The position numbers and the translations under genes are program-made. From positions 243,846,001 through 243,910,000 of the forward strand of contig OZ024742.1 of the NCBI GenBank assembly GCA_964016885.1: a DNA stretch of 64,000 nucleotides, written 5' to 3'. This DNA comes from Eledone cirrhosa (Eukaryota). This document shows, in pieces, positions 24,801 through 39,220 of the stretch. Numbering within the stretch: the stretch's first letter is position 1; each line of letters begins with the position of its first letter. A model generated the notes under the pieces. It was given only the letters and a program-made list of their open reading frames with translations, did not search any database and had not been told where the DNA came from.

Positions 24801-25842
24801 ATTAGTAATTTCATAAATATTACATTTTATGCACTCCATGGAAATAATATTGATTGTGTAAGACAAGATTAACCCTTCTTTGGCTGGAGTTACTTTTACT
24901 ATTTTAATGACATGTAATAGACAGGTTTGAATAGCTTAGCTATTATATATCTGTCTGAATCTAATTTTTTCTCCTTATTCCAATTTACTTCTCTGAAAAC
25001 ATTTTGTGGTGAAAAACAACTTGAAATTGCTATACTTGTTTAAGCATAGCTGTGTGGTTAAGAAGTTCACCTTGCAATTTCATGCTTCCAGATTTGATTC
25101 CACTGCATGATAACTTGGGCAAGTGTCTTCTACCATTACCTTAGGGCAATGGAGTGAAATTAGGTCAACGGAATCTGTTGGATGCACTGTACCTATCCTT
25201 GAGTAGTAGAATTAGCATCGCCTAATTTAACACCATTACCTGGCAGTCAGGTGTCTTTAGCAGAGTCCACTCTGTTGCAAGTGCTTGAACCAGGTTTCCA
25301 TGAGTTGTGGTTTCTTTCTTACATAGTAGCTTTATTTTATCGCTAATCTACGAATATCTGCAAATAATTCATCGACAATGTCTTTTCTCCTGACTAAGCC
25401 AAAAAAATGTAATAAATACAGAAGCAGGATAACTATGAAGTTAAGATCAGCCATTCAGATCAAGCTATAGTTTTTGTATTTAGTCCTTAAACAAAACATA
25501 TTACACTGCTTCAGTCTGTTTGGCTAACAGTAGGTGTTGCTTCCACCTGATAATTGACTTGTTAATGTTAAGAAGAGCATCCATTTGTAAAAACATTTGA
25601 TTGAATCAATAATACATATGCATACGTACCAACTTTGAGAGAATCCAACACAGACTAGTAGGAAAGGTGATTTGAAATTATTAGAATTAATCATTTCTCT
25701 TTAATTTATTCCTTTTATTTCTCTTGAAAAATTAATTAAAAAGATATTATTAATTTTATGAAGCGCATAACTTTTTCATCTAACAATAAAGTGAAAATTC
25801 AACAGATCTCTTTTCCTTACACTCTTTAAGATTTTAAAAAAC

Positions 25843-26352
25843 TCCTCCTCCACCTCCTCGGGAGGGTCATGTGGGTTGAGTCTTCAAACCCTAAGTAGCA
25901 ACCGTCTCCAATTGATCTAGCTAGGTCTCCTGCCAGTTGGTTTTGCCATTGACATTCTAACCATATGTCTGTAGTATCAGAGCTGTGATCTCTCAATTTG
26001 GAAAAATAGTGGCTCTACCTGGAGCAACTCTTTGATCTCTGAGCTATGCCTTCTATCAAGTAACGTTACTCCAAAGACCCTTTGGAGGAACCCCATCTCA
26101 GCCGCTTGTATTTGCAATTGTATTCTTTTAGCCATTACCCAAGATTCATGATCTTAGGTAGGGATTGGCGCGAACATCGAATTGAAGATAGCACGTTTGG
26201 CTTTTACACCTATCTCCTTTCTTCTGATTACCGAATGCTGAAGCTGGTGCATTACTGCACCAGCTCTGCATTTCTTGCATTTAATCCAGCCTCCTGCCTT
26301 CTGTTACTCATGAACATGGCTCTGAGATACTTGAACTTCTCCACTTGCTTAA
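25843..26352 (-). mobile_element. RTE LINE family 1, 3' fragment with internal deletions
   Basis: Collinear with 14450-14900 (CTGAGATACTTGAACTTCTCCAC = VEKFKYL on the minus strand). Confidence 0.8.
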
Positions 26353-29277
26353 ACAATATTTAAAATATTCCCTGTATAAATATATAAGAAACCTTTACTG
26401 ATATATTTTGTTACAAATAACATAGGAAATGATTCATTTCAAGGCTTACAATAATAATAAATCTATTAATATCAACTCTCATCTGTTGTCTTCCTGATAG
26501 TCCTTCCAGATCTTCTTTTAATTGCTGTTAGGCTTTGCAATAAAAGCTTTTTTTTTTTCTGCCAGAATAAAATAAAAAAATGATGTTTAGTTGTAAGTCT
26601 GCCCTAATTATGCAGAACTATGACAAAGGCATTGTAGTCATGAACATCTGATCTGCAAGATAGCTGGATAACATCCATGAGCTTCATTGGTCTTGCTTGG
26701 GGATCCAGCCGAATCAATTGGGGCCGGTTGTTTCTGACAGGGTCTGCAGGAAGGAGTTGAAGATCATCTGTAAAAAAGGAGTGTTGGCAATTAATTCATT
26801 ACTTTGTTATTTGTTGATTAAAAGCAAAGCTAGTAAGATTTGTATGATGAGTTATGAGGCATTAAAGAATCATCTATCTTGGTCCTCTGCAACATTTCCC
26901 TTATTCTGATAAACTCATCACCCCTGTATTGTAGCCTTTTCTGAACATTTTCTATTGGTGATATTCAAAACTATCTTATCTGTTTAAATTGTTTTCATTT
27001 TTGTTTTTATGTCTGTGTCTAATTAGTTATATTTAATTACCTATCTAAGCTTGTAAATTAGTGAGCATAATTGTTAAATAGATAAAGTAAACAATTGTGT
27101 GATGTGTATGTATTTGTTATTGTTAGATAGATGAAAGCAAGTACTAATATACTGTAAAACATATTGAATAAACCAAATTTAATTTCTTGTTACTATACAT
27201 TGACATAAAAGTGGTGATGGCTGAACTTGTATATTGGTTCATATCTAACTACAACTGTTTTGGGGTAGAATGAACTTGAATATCATGTTCAAAGGAGCTT
27301 TTAACTTTCTTTATGACTAGTATATAACCTGTTGTTTTATGGATGGAATAAGTAATATTCAATTTCTTTATGAAAATTTAACCAAGCTGTTTGTGGAGTA
27401 CACACATACATAGAGGGAGAAAGAGAACACTGTTGACAAAGCACCCTAATTTCTGTTATGAATGAAAGCATTTTGAACCCCCACCCCATACCACTTTCTT
27501 ATCTTACATTTGTATTTCAGAAATTTTAAATAAAGATCACAGTGTCCCTGTGACAGACTGACAAAAAGGTTGTGCAATTATAATATAGATACTGTGTGTG
27601 TATTAGAGAGAGGGCTACTCATCTATAACTGTGTTGCTCCAGTCTTCATATCCACCTAGGAATGGCTCTGTAAAAATTTAACTTGTAATAATAGATTAGT
27701 ATTATTTTTGAGTAATATCTGTCTCATCTACTTATCCATTCAGAAACTAAAGCTAAACACTAACCTACTTAGCCAACTAACATTCAGAAAGTATTTAAAA
27801 AAATTATACTGACTTGATACTTTCTTCAAGGTTGTAAAAAGAGCCCTGAAGTATGAGAGTTGGGAAATTTTCTTTCTTCAGTTTTATTTTTTAAATTTTC
27901 TTTATTTATTTCTTTATTTTTAGATATTTTATTTCCCCAAATATATTATATTTGTTGGTGAAATTCATGAGAGAAAAGAAATCATGATGTACTAAGCCAG
28001 GCTATCAATTTCTTAAATTTGTTGAGGTTTTAAAGAATATTTCAGTTCAGCCTGTTTTATCTAATTCATTTTCTTGTTCATTACTAAATAGATCCATTTT
28101 TGAAATTTAACTAACATTGAAATTTAACTAACATACTTAAGTATAAAATAAACATGTTGAAAACCTCTTAGTAAATGTTATTGCTTTAAGAAAAAAATGT
28201 ATGAGCCAAATTAGATATTCTAGAAATGAATATTTTAAATGTTTCCTGAGATAGAATATGGTTAGAATGTCTAAGGAAGGAATTGCTGGACATATTTTAC
28301 TGGTAAAACCAACTGGCAGGAAACCCAGAAGTTGACCACAAAGCTCAGTTGGTTTTGCTTGGGTTTCTTAAATAAACATAATAAACTAATTGTGTGTGCA
28401 TGAGCATATACTGCCTTATGCCAATTTTGAAAACTAGTTATGATTAATAATAAATATCACAGTGGACCTTTTGGTAACAAATATCTGTGGTAATGAAAAC
28501 GAAAATGCCATGTGTTTTTCCACAAATTTGGTAATGAATAAAGTATAACTACAGTTTAGTTCCACCCATCCTAACTTAGTTTCTTCACCTCTTTCTTAAT
28601 AATGCATATTTTTAAAAGTTTAGCAGATACATTTTCCATGCATGGATTGGGATTATGATATTTAAAAAAAAAAAAAATAAATTAAATATGTTCGATAATG
28701 TTTTCATTTACTGAATACTTTCCATTTGCACCTGTAGTAAACTGGGAAAATTTTTCATTATGCCTTTCAATTTCATGTTGAAAGTAAGAAATTTCATTGA
28801 GATAATGAATAATATAAAATCAAGATAATGCCATAGATCTTCTACAGGCATGCAATATTTCAAACCACTATGAATTGCAGGGGAGGGTTAGATTTCTTTT
28901 AAATTTCATCAATATAATCGTAATTTAAACATTCAAATATGTATCTTTGTAAAATTTCATTAAAAAATATGCAATCTTAAGAGAGTTATGAGTTAACAAA
29001 TTTGAGTGGCCACTAAACTAAACAAAACGTGGCTTGGGATCACTTATGCAAATTATGTGTGAGTATGTATGAGTGTTAAGTTATTTTCCTTCGTTCATAC
29101 TCGTCGGTTACCAAGACAGACAAAACATTGATGAATTGAATGCCAATTCTTTTGTTCAGTATATTTATTCTTACAATTTATAGTTTTATTGAAATATTAT
29201 TATGCTGTATTTATTGTAGTCACTTATATTTTTATTGATAATTTGTGTTTTATTATTTTCTAAAAGTATTTTTTATC

Positions 29278-29530
29278 TGGTGGTAAGGGTGTTGAACTTA
29301 TGATCATAATGTCATGGGTTTGATTCCTGGGCTGGGTTGCGTGTTGTGTTCTTGAACAAAACACTTCACTCCACGTTGCTCCAGTGTACTTAGCTGAAAA
29401 TGAGTACCAGCAATTGTGGAGGGTTTAACCCTGTGATGGACTGACATCCTGTCCAGAGGGGAGTCTTGTACTCTCAGTTGCTTCACACCATGAAACTGAG
29501 ACAAGCACTGAGCTTAAGACAGACTTTAGA
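29278..29530 (+). mobile_element. tRNA-derived SINE (family B)
   Basis: tRNA-like head followed by GTTCTTGAACAAAACACTT...TTGCTCCAGT..ACTTAGCTG. The same core occurs at ~10990, 37430, 60347, 63295 and, on the minus strand, ~12250. Confidence 0.7.
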
Positions 29531-32500
29531 CTTAGACTAGACTAGGCTTTTGGTAATAGTTGAGGGTATGGAACAGATTGTCCCTAAATACATATATATT
29601 AATTGATGTAACATTTTTGTGTTAATGAATGAGGTTCTGGAATGAACTAGATTCATTATCAAAGGGTCCACTTCAGTTGTAGAATATGTCTTTAATACAA
29701 ATTATCAGTGACTTGACTAAAAAGAACAGACTCTTCTATAAGTCATGAATATTTTCATCTTAACTATGAGGTAGTATTTGTTAATACCTTTTTTTTATGT
29801 TGTAGCAAGTATTATGGTTGGTTACCCTTTCTAATACAACTTCTTTTCTTTCTAGTGGAATTAGTAACCATTTTATAATAAGAAACATGTCTGGTTAACA
29901 ATTTAGATACAAAGATAAACTTAATCAAATCTGTCAGTTTCTAATCATTAGATTACCACTAAGATAGGTTGTTACTACCGATATTGACAGTGTCTCATAG
30001 GATATATTTAGTTGTTATATTCAAACATTTCTTCTAATCTTTGAAAGATTGTGAATGTGTGTGCGTGTGTACTCATATATGTGTCATTCACACATACACT
30101 ACATACACTTTCTCTCTCTCTTTTTCATTCTGTATGCACATGTGAACTTTCTAGCATAAATATTCTTCTTTTACATTAACAAATTTAATAATATGGAGTT
30201 GTTGATCTTCATTCTACCAGCCTTCCTGCTTAGTGTTTTGTTAGGTCTTCATCCTCCTCTTCCACCACACACTTAGAGCAAAACAAAATCTGCTTGCCAG
30301 TGTTCCTTGTTTTTGTGTGATCTAGATTGCTGGTTTTCTTAAAGTATCAGTTGTGACCCAATATTAGATTGTGAACTGATACTTAGTAAGTAATGTATAT
30401 GACAAAAGAGTTTATTCCAAATTCCTGTTTTTAAAGTTAGAGGTAAATATGTTACTACTGGGCTTTAGGAATTTCTATGACTTTTTGATACTGTGTGTGT
30501 GTAAAAGGACTTCCTTTATTGCTATGGAAAGAATACTTAGATACTTTTGGATTTTGTAACATGTTATATAGTTTTTCCATGACATGAGTCAGTAAAATAA
30601 CATATAACATTTAAAAATAAATGATTTTACATGTAATTTCTTAATCGTTAGCAATTGTTCATTTTCATTTGGCACATTTTGATAACTATTTTTTGGTTTA
30701 TTAACAAAAAATAATACTTTATAAAAATGTATTGTCTAATTAAGTCCCATTTAAACTACTTTGAGTATATCTAATCAATAATTAATATAAAAAAAAAAGT
30801 CTTTCTCGAGTTCATCAGCAACTTTCCTTTTTCAATATTGTTATTATAAAAAAATACAAAATGAATACCACAAGCGAATTAATGATACAACTCTTATCAT
30901 TTTATCAAAAACGAAATGAGTTTGGTGTTAAAATTTTGTTTCAATCAAGTAACATGTTGATAACATAAGAAACATTTCTTTTGTTCTCCTTCCTCATTAA
31001 AAGATGAACCAATCAGATAGCAGACATATCTTTCAAATCTATTTTCTATTTATATTTACTACTTTAAGAAATTACTCAGTGCTGTCTATTAAATATGAAC
31101 GTTTTCTTTCAAGATCACATTACTTGTATAGTCTCTGCTAACAAGCTGAGATTTTACTGGCTTGTAATCAATACAATATTTGCTATTGCAAAGGCTATAT
31201 CATGCAAGCTTACTTTAGATTTGATTTTTATACTTTCTCTCATCTATCGCAACTATAATTCCATTTTCAATATTTTAAAGAATTTTTATATAATTAACAA
31301 AAGCTGTAGCATATTTTCAAATTGACCTTACGAGAAACAGCTATATTTTGAATTACTAACATACCTTAAAAAATTAGTTTAGTATTTTATTATAAAAATG
31401 TTTTTAATAGTCATTATTCATTATATTTCTAAACCTGAAATCAGGATCTGATTTAGTTTGTAATCTCTCTCTAATATTGTTCTAAGGATCGTCAACAGAA
31501 ATGCTATCTCAATGTGTGGTCCAATTATTGTAATTTTATTTTCTTCAGATTATAGATGAAAAGGAATTTGTAGACCCTTCAAATTTCAGAGAGGAGCTAT
31601 CTAGAGTTGGATAAATTGCGCACATAGCAGTCATGTAAAATAATTTCAAACGTTTACCAACCATGATAATAATACATTCTACTAAAAGCTACTTCCTTAA
31701 ACTACATGAATGGAGGTTAGGAAGGAGTGTTTTAAAAATAGTTAATAGTTTTATGAATGAGAGAGCTTCGAAAAACTCAGTAGCAAGATAGATGACAGTT
31801 TGTTTACATACCCATTATATTCTTTTGATAGGCTTGGTAATTAAATGTGTTAATTATTATAATGGAGTGCCTGTATAGCTTAACATTTTAGAAAGTTGGT
31901 TTTTAGTAATACTGTATTGTTTTCTTCTTTTTGATAAGTTGTATTAATAGTCTTTGCTTGATCTTGTTTTTTTTTTATCTTTATTAATGTTAAAATCTAT
32001 ATTAGCATGAATGAAGAGCTCAACCTTAATAATCTTTATTTTTTTCCTTCTCTAAGTTTTGGAGATAAATTATTATCCTGTTATGAAATAAACAGTAAGA
32101 TTGCTTACTATTCATTCCGTAACACCAACCTAATTTTTTTTTAATGTAAAAGCTTAATACAGTTGATTCTTAAGCTTTTTTCCATGTGCTATCTATTTCA
32201 CTAACATATGTTGCACAGCCTTTTCTTCCCTCTTAAAATAGCTAAAAATTAAAAATTCCATATTTCTTTTCGTTTTCTTCTTTTTCTCATTTGAACAAGC
32301 TTTGTAGAATAACACTCTTTACTACACCAATAAACATCCATACATTATAAGAGAGAGAACACTTTTGTTGTCAGTTGCAACAAGTTGTTTGAATTTATTC
32401 AAACAACTTCAGAGTTTTGTTACTCAGATCTCTATAGTATTGATTGTTCTCTAGGTAACAATTTATCTACCTTGTGATTCCTTCCTATAAGTCATTAGAT

Positions 32501-32833
32501 TTTCTTGTACAGCCTATCTTCTAGGACAGTTAATACATTTGAATAGACGCCATTTTGTTATACTGTCTTGAATATAGCTATTGCTATATATGTATTTCAT
32601 TGCTTGCATACTTATTGGTTTTGTATCTTTACCTCCACCTCCACAGTATACCTGAGTGGGTGTTAATTATAGATTAATTCAATGTTATTTTCATAGTTTT
32701 AGCTCTAGTAATTTTCACAATAATTATCTAGTCATTTCTTAAAGGAAAAGTATTAGATAGTGAAAGGAATTTTTATAAACCTTAAATTCAATTAGCACAT
32801 ATCACTTGTCTTTACTAAATTCAAACTTAGTTG

Positions 32834-32978
32834 CAGGCATGTCTGTGTGGTTAAGACATTTATTTCACAACCATATGGTTTGGGGTTTTATCTCACTGTG
32901 GTGCACCTTGGACAAGAATCTTCTTCTACAGCCTCAAAATGACCAATGCTTTGGGAGATGGATATCCAACAAAGTCTG

Positions 32979-33021
<43 letters not shown>

Positions 33022-33268
33022 TGGATGTTTACTGTCCCTTCTCTTTGCATTTGACATCAATGGTGCATGTGGTGATATTTGTTTATCTTCTGTGCACACA
33101 GATGCTCCATTGTTTGATGTGCAAAGATCCATATCTTCCTTTAAAAATATGAAATAAAAATTTAAGGTTAATGTTAGGAAGGGCATCTAGCCATAAAATT
33201 CTGCCTCAGTAAGTTTCGTCCAACCCACGCCAGCATAGAAAAACATGTAAAACTGGTGGTGATGATAG
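32834..33268 (+). mobile_element. tRNA-derived SINE (family C) with internal (GT)n and an RTE-like tail
   Basis: Head GGCATGTCTGTGTGGTTAAG, core CACCTTGGACAAG..TCTTCT, then GTTAGGAAGGGCATC and a (TGA)-rich end. Related fragments lie at ~25043 and, on the minus strand, ~12455, ~15700 and ~21340. Confidence 0.7.
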
Positions 33269-34536
33269 TGGGGTCTTATTTAAGATGCTACCTTTTCATG
33301 GATTTATATTATTTAGATGTTACTTTTTTGTGAGTTTATATTATTTTCTAGCATTAGTCTATGTTTATACAAAAGGACCACTAGTCAGTAAAGATATATC
33401 ATTAATTTTATTTTCTAATTGATAAACACTGATTGAGCTTATATAATCAAGTTTGAATATGGTTAAGGCAGAATTTTCCTGCATTTTTAGCAATAATAGA
33501 CAGGACAGTTACAACATATACGATTTTGTTTTTTACTGTATTCAGGATCATGTTTAAAACATTTTTTAATTGATGTTAGTCAAGAAAGTGGAGCAATGGT
33601 CATAATCTTTGCAGGCCCTCTCAGTTTAGTGGGGTTAGGGCAGTTGATGTTTAACTTTAGCCTCTCTAGTTAAAGTTAGCAGTAATTCTGTGGACAGGAG
33701 GGAATACCAGAGGGTTACAGTTTGGGGTGGAAAGACTATGTACAATGACTAGTATGAGGGGCGGAGGAGTGAAATTTAGTAAGATTGATGAGAGGAGAAG
33801 AGATAAGTGGAGAGAGTATTTCAGAAGCAGAGGTCATTCATTGTAGCACTAGAAGAGGCAAAGGGAGGAAACCAAACTTCTACAAATCTTTTGTTGAAGT
33901 GTTAGTGAGTAGATTTTTGCCAGTCAGTTGAATGACCTTGTTTTGGAGGTTGTGTATGTATGTGTATATAGCAGCAGCACTGTCTCAAGAGAGCAGTACT
34001 CTAATGTGGGTCACAGAGAGCCAGCAACTGATCAAAGCTGAAGTATTTCCTATCTCCAAAGAGAAACCCTAATCTAATTGTGATGTGGCTATGGTATATT
34101 ATATATTGTGTTGCTCAGCATGTGTAGTGATTTGAAGGCTTTTAACTGTGTCATTATTATTTGTATACAAATCAATTTCTCTATAATAACCATATAGTTT
34201 AAAGAGATAGAACAATGTTGATTATATGGAGGGAACTTCTAGTGAGCTAACATGTAATAAGAATATAAAAAATAACAACAGAATTTAGAAATTATCCCCA
34301 GGAAGTCCTGCAAAGTATTGCATTTCCCAAGTATAGAATTATTAAAATATATGAAAAGATATAAATTCTGTAAAGCTACCTTTATTCTACCATATATATA
34401 TCTTGAAATGCATTCATATTTTGATTCTTGTGCTAATAGAAATAAAAAAACATTAAAAACACTATATTGTATAATAAACAACAACAAAAAACAAACAAAA
34501 CAAAACAAAACAAAACAAAACAGACTTAATGAATTA

Positions 34537-34684
34537 CCATATCCACTTGTGTATAAGCCGCGATTACAATTTACAATGTACCATATATTTTGAGTTGAGG
34601 TTGGTTTTGTAGGCCTAGCAGATATGTTATGTCACATGCTAGTTTTTCACATATATTCGTGGGAAGAAGTGCACCTTATATGGT
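34537..34684. mobile_element. Possible pogo/Tigger-like MITE remnant
   Basis: TACCATATCCACTTGTGTATAAGCCG resembles TA-flanked pogo-type termini. Similar starts occur at ~34807 and ~24107. The right end is degenerate. Confidence 0.3.
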
Positions 34685-34736
34685 AAATATGAAATAAAAT
34701 ATATATGTATTTCTCAATTCAGTTGAGTTTTGAATT

Positions 34737-34788
<52 letters not shown>

Positions 34789-35299
34789 TAATACCCAAAA
34801 AATATTTACCATATATACACGAATATAAGCTGCTGAGAATAAAAGCGAAGGGCAGGTAATCAACACATTATGTGTAGATGGCGCAGTTTTGAAATTCTAA
34901 AATGTTCTAAGTGTCATTCAAAGTATAGTTTTTGTTTCATAACTCCATTACGTAATGATTAAAAAGAAATATATATATATTTCTGATCATTTTGAAGGCC
35001 ATATTCATTCAAAACATAAAAAACAATAGGAAATATGAATTTCACGTTGAAGGTAAAACCGATCTAATATTTACCTGCAAAGCGAAAATATTTTAGCACC
35101 TCATTTACATAGAACTTTGAAGTTGGTGAAAATCGGCATATTGATCTCAAATATAGGCAGAACCCTCATTTTATCTTCTTTTTTTGTTGTTGCATATTTC
35201 TCGATTTATATATGTGTATATTTGTTTGGTTTCTAATGAATACCACTTCATATTCTACACTTCTCTGAAGAGTTTATTGGTTCTCCATTTAAATACATA

Positions 35300-35731
35300 T
35301 TTCTGATGAAACACATTGCCTATAATTTTCAAAGAATTTTGAAAATAATCAAGAATTTAGAGGGGTTTGGTAATGTAACTAACTTTCTTGTTTTCTATCT
35401 GGTGTCTGGAATGTAATTTAACAAAGGTTCTTACATACAATTATGACAGGAGGTTTTTAGATAAATATAAATTTTTTAACACTTAACGCCCTGTAATGAT
35501 TTAGTTGAAAATGTCTAAAACCAAGTACACTAATTCAAATATTTACAGTATCTGTACTAGTGGACAAATTGTTGTGTAAATTTGTAACATTGGAATAAAG
35601 GCTTCAGTTTTTAATGTGAGACAGTCATAGTGTTGTTTGTACTATGCAGTATAGGATGCGAAGAGTTAAAACAAAGTTTTGATTTGTAGAACCAAGAGCT
35701 GGTTCGGGTGGTTTGGTATTATAAGTGTTAA
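35300..35731 (-). mobile_element. piggyBac-like MITE (reverse orientation) containing a nested ~190-bp TTAA-flanked insert
   Basis: Flanks match the reverse complement of the 10601 family (ends GGTTTGGTATTATAAGTGTTAA). The insert at ~35476-35669 is bounded by TTAACACTTAACGCCCT / AGGATGCGAAGAGTTAA. Confidence 0.5.
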
Positions 35732-36819
35732 CACATTTAAACAATTCCTATAGATTATAGAATAATTTTCTTAAGAAGCTTTATAGAAAGAATATTTCTT
35801 TCTTAATGTAAATTACAGCTAGCCGAGTCAATAAAGTGTCTATCAATGACTGATGAGTAAATTGAATATACTATCAACTTCAACAAAACTCTTGTCCCTT
35901 GTCTCAACTTTCACTGCGTCAATGGATTCAGAGGAACTTAGTAACATAACAAACTTCTTTGTTATTTATGGTGAACCAATCTTTTACTGGCATTGATTAA
36001 GCTGACAAATAAAATAGGACCATTCTCTGATACATTGCAGGTGGATTACTAGATTTAGATGAAATAACGATATTTTAAATGAAACAAAAAAACAGAAAGG
36101 GAAAGATGAAAAAAGTAAAAAGAGAATGAAGCAACAGGGGGAAAGAGCAAGTTTGAGTGGTGATTTAGCTGCGTCCCGCAGACAAAATAGCGATGATATT
36201 GTCACAGTGAATGGCCAGTGACACCCACTGTAACAGCTACTCTGCCTCACAAGGCTCCTCCATCAGGCAGACTACTGTCAGGCTTCTGTCTTTCTGGAAA
36301 TCGGCAGTGTGGGATCTTGATGGTGACTGATACACAAAGGAAATAGAATATATTTTCCTCGTTTACTAATTAAAAATTCTTACACAAGTAAAATCTATGA
36401 TAAAATTGTGTATTTTACAGAGAGAAAGACAAAGATATATATATATATATATCATTATATTTATTTATTACAGAGAGAGAAGTGGTCTCTAACTACTGTG
36501 CCCCATGAAAACTATTACATTATTCTTTAGACATTACACTTTGCTTTAAAAATAATGATTATTTTATTGGTGCTGGAGATGTGTTGAAAGCTAACAAAAA
36601 AGGATCTAACAAAATACTGTAAGGCAGTGAACCCCTACCTGTGGCCCTAAGGCTGCATGCAGCCCTTAAGGATGTTCAGTACGGCATTCAGAAGAAGATA
36701 AGAATTATGGTCTTATCCAGCAGTATCTGCACGACAGGATTTTTTCCTACATTTCAAATATTTGCACTAATTTTTATATAAATTCAAAATACTTTGCAAA
36801 CTAGTAGTAGTAATAATAA

Positions 36820-37203
36820 TCTATATTATAGAAGGTAACCTATTTCTCTGTTTATCTGTCTGTCCATCACACTTCATATGTATACGTGTGTGTGTGTGTA
36901 AAAATTCATCATATAGGCAACACAACTTAAAAAAAAAAAAAACGCGCGCGTCTGTGTGTCTATGTCCTTCAACATCTAGATAATGCGACAGACTTCAAAA
37001 AACTTTCCCGGAAAAAATTGTGTGTGTTTTAACGAATTTTGATTGAAAATGCAGCAATTTTAAGGGCAAGTCTGTCATAAATACGTGAACTGTCTTGGAT
37101 AGTATGGATAATTCTAATATGCGGCCCTCATCTAAATTTGGAATGTTAATGTGTGGCCCTTTCATGCAAAAACGTCGGGGACTCTGCTGTAAGGCAGCTC
37201 TAG
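36820..37203 (+). mobile_element. Possible second non-autonomous Helitron
   Basis: A|TCTATATTATA...CTGTCTGTC start and a weak CTGC-6nt-GCAG hairpin before CTAG|T. Confidence 0.4.
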
Positions 37204-39220
37204 TAGTTCTGATATTCTGTCTCAAATGATCCATTTGATATACATGCATGCGCACACACACAGACACACATGCACACAAGGATGTTTACTTTAAAGGTTT
37301 GTTGCTAAAGTCTATTTGATAATTCCTTTCAATTAGCTGTCTCAAAATATATTATTACATGTTTATTTTAGATTATTCAGATGTCTCTTTTAAGTAACTT
37401 ATAAATGTAACCTATTTATTAGTGTTGGGCTCATGATGATAAGGTTATTATCAGCTTCATTTTCAGACTGGAAGACATGTTGTGTCCTTGAGCAAGGTAC
37501 TTCATTTTATACTGCTCGAGTTCACTCAGCTGAAATTGCATGCCAGCAGCAGCTGGGGGTTAACCCTGCAACAGTCTCGTATCTCATTCAAGGGAATCTT
37601 TTACTCTTAGTAATTTAATACTCATGAAAGAAGGACCAGCTCCAGGCCTCATCAAACTTGCACAAGCATGGAAAAATGACAAAAAACACAATAACTCTAT
37701 ATCCCAGAACCAGAAATGTGATTGATAACTTATACTAGTTTCATTTTTGTATTAAGACTATGTAAACAGTAACTTATCATCAATTTGTAGTAGGTGAATT
37801 GGCAGTCATTGGAATCCCCTTGAAATTAACTTTGTCTTTCACTTTTTCAAGTTTGATGAGTCAATAAAATAAAGTACCAGTTGAGGGCAGTTGATTAACA
37901 AGACTGATAGAAGAGAGTCCAAACTGTGGCAAACATTTGAGCCAGGTCTCCAATTTGAGGATACTTTCCTCTCTCTCTCTCCAGTCTTGGAGGCCCTAAA
38001 AAGGGGGCATGATCATTATTGCTCATCTCTTATTGACTAAATAGAAAAGAAATGTTTTTGTTTTTTTTTAAAATTAATATATAAATGTAAGGTTTCATGA
38101 GAAGTGAAGTGAAGAGGTTGGAAGTGAACAGTTGGTTCTATCTGAATCAGTTCTTATTCAGAACGACTGCCCTTCTAGTCTGGTTGCAAGATGATCCCTT
38201 ACTCGTACGTACCACTTTTTGGTAGTGTTTTTATGGCTGGATGCCCTTCCTAATACTAACTCCTTTACAGGGTGTTTCATATTAGTCATCACCATCATTT
38301 AATGTCTGACTTCCCTGATAACAAACGTTAGATGAGTCTTCACAAACCAAGTCAGTACTCAGATTGGTTGGGGGCTTGCATCTCACTTATATATATTTGT
38401 CTACTCTACTGATTGCATTTTATCATGGCACCAACACTAGGGTGATTGTTATATATTTGACATAGCTGAAGAGTCATCCCAACCTTTTGTTTGGCAGTTT
38501 TCTACAACTGGAAGTGTGAATGAAATACTTTTCTTAAGGGCATTAGTGACATGTGCAATGGGACCAACCATGAATTGAAACAAGATCATAGACTTGGCTT
38601 GTTGTGAGCTCACACCTCTAATTTGCAGATAGTGTTTGCTCGAGTATACTAATTGCAATCCACAGCGTTGTAATGACATTCTCCAGCATGTTGAAAGTGT
38701 TAATTGCATTTAAATTCAGTTGTAGATATTTGATGAGAGGCTTTCACAGAGGAACTTTAATTGGCTATCATAATATCTTTACTTGTTTGGCATTAAGTAC
38801 TGCTGATCTGTTTATTTGCTATCAACTTCATTTGAAGTACTACTTTCATATTTTCTTTGAAAAATAGTGTAAATAAATAATAATTCATATGAAATTAACT
38901 TTATAGGATTTATTTGATGTAATTATTTGATTATATTTTAAATGCATTAGGAAAGAATATTGATAACATTAACAGATTTATTTATTAATATCATATTAAA
39001 CATGTGATGCTTTCTATGTCTGTTATTACTTGGTTGTTCTTACTATTTCTTCTACTACTGGTATTGTTCCTTTCTTTAAAAAAGATAGGGATAAGATTGA
39101 TAAAAAAATAATTAGAATTGAATATAAGAATCTCCAAACTCCTACATAAAAATGAGGAATTCTAATATTTGCATTTTATTGTGAAGTTGGTACTCAGCTT
39201 TCAAAATGTCTTCATTATTA

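Noticed and set aside
32382-32409. 13-bp perfect inverted repeat with a 2-nt loop
   Set aside because: Short, AT-rich and isolated; no function can be supported.
9140-33186. ORFs with poly-F, poly-K, poly-Y, poly-L, CV, YI or TH runs
   Set aside because: Translations of homopolymers and microsatellites.
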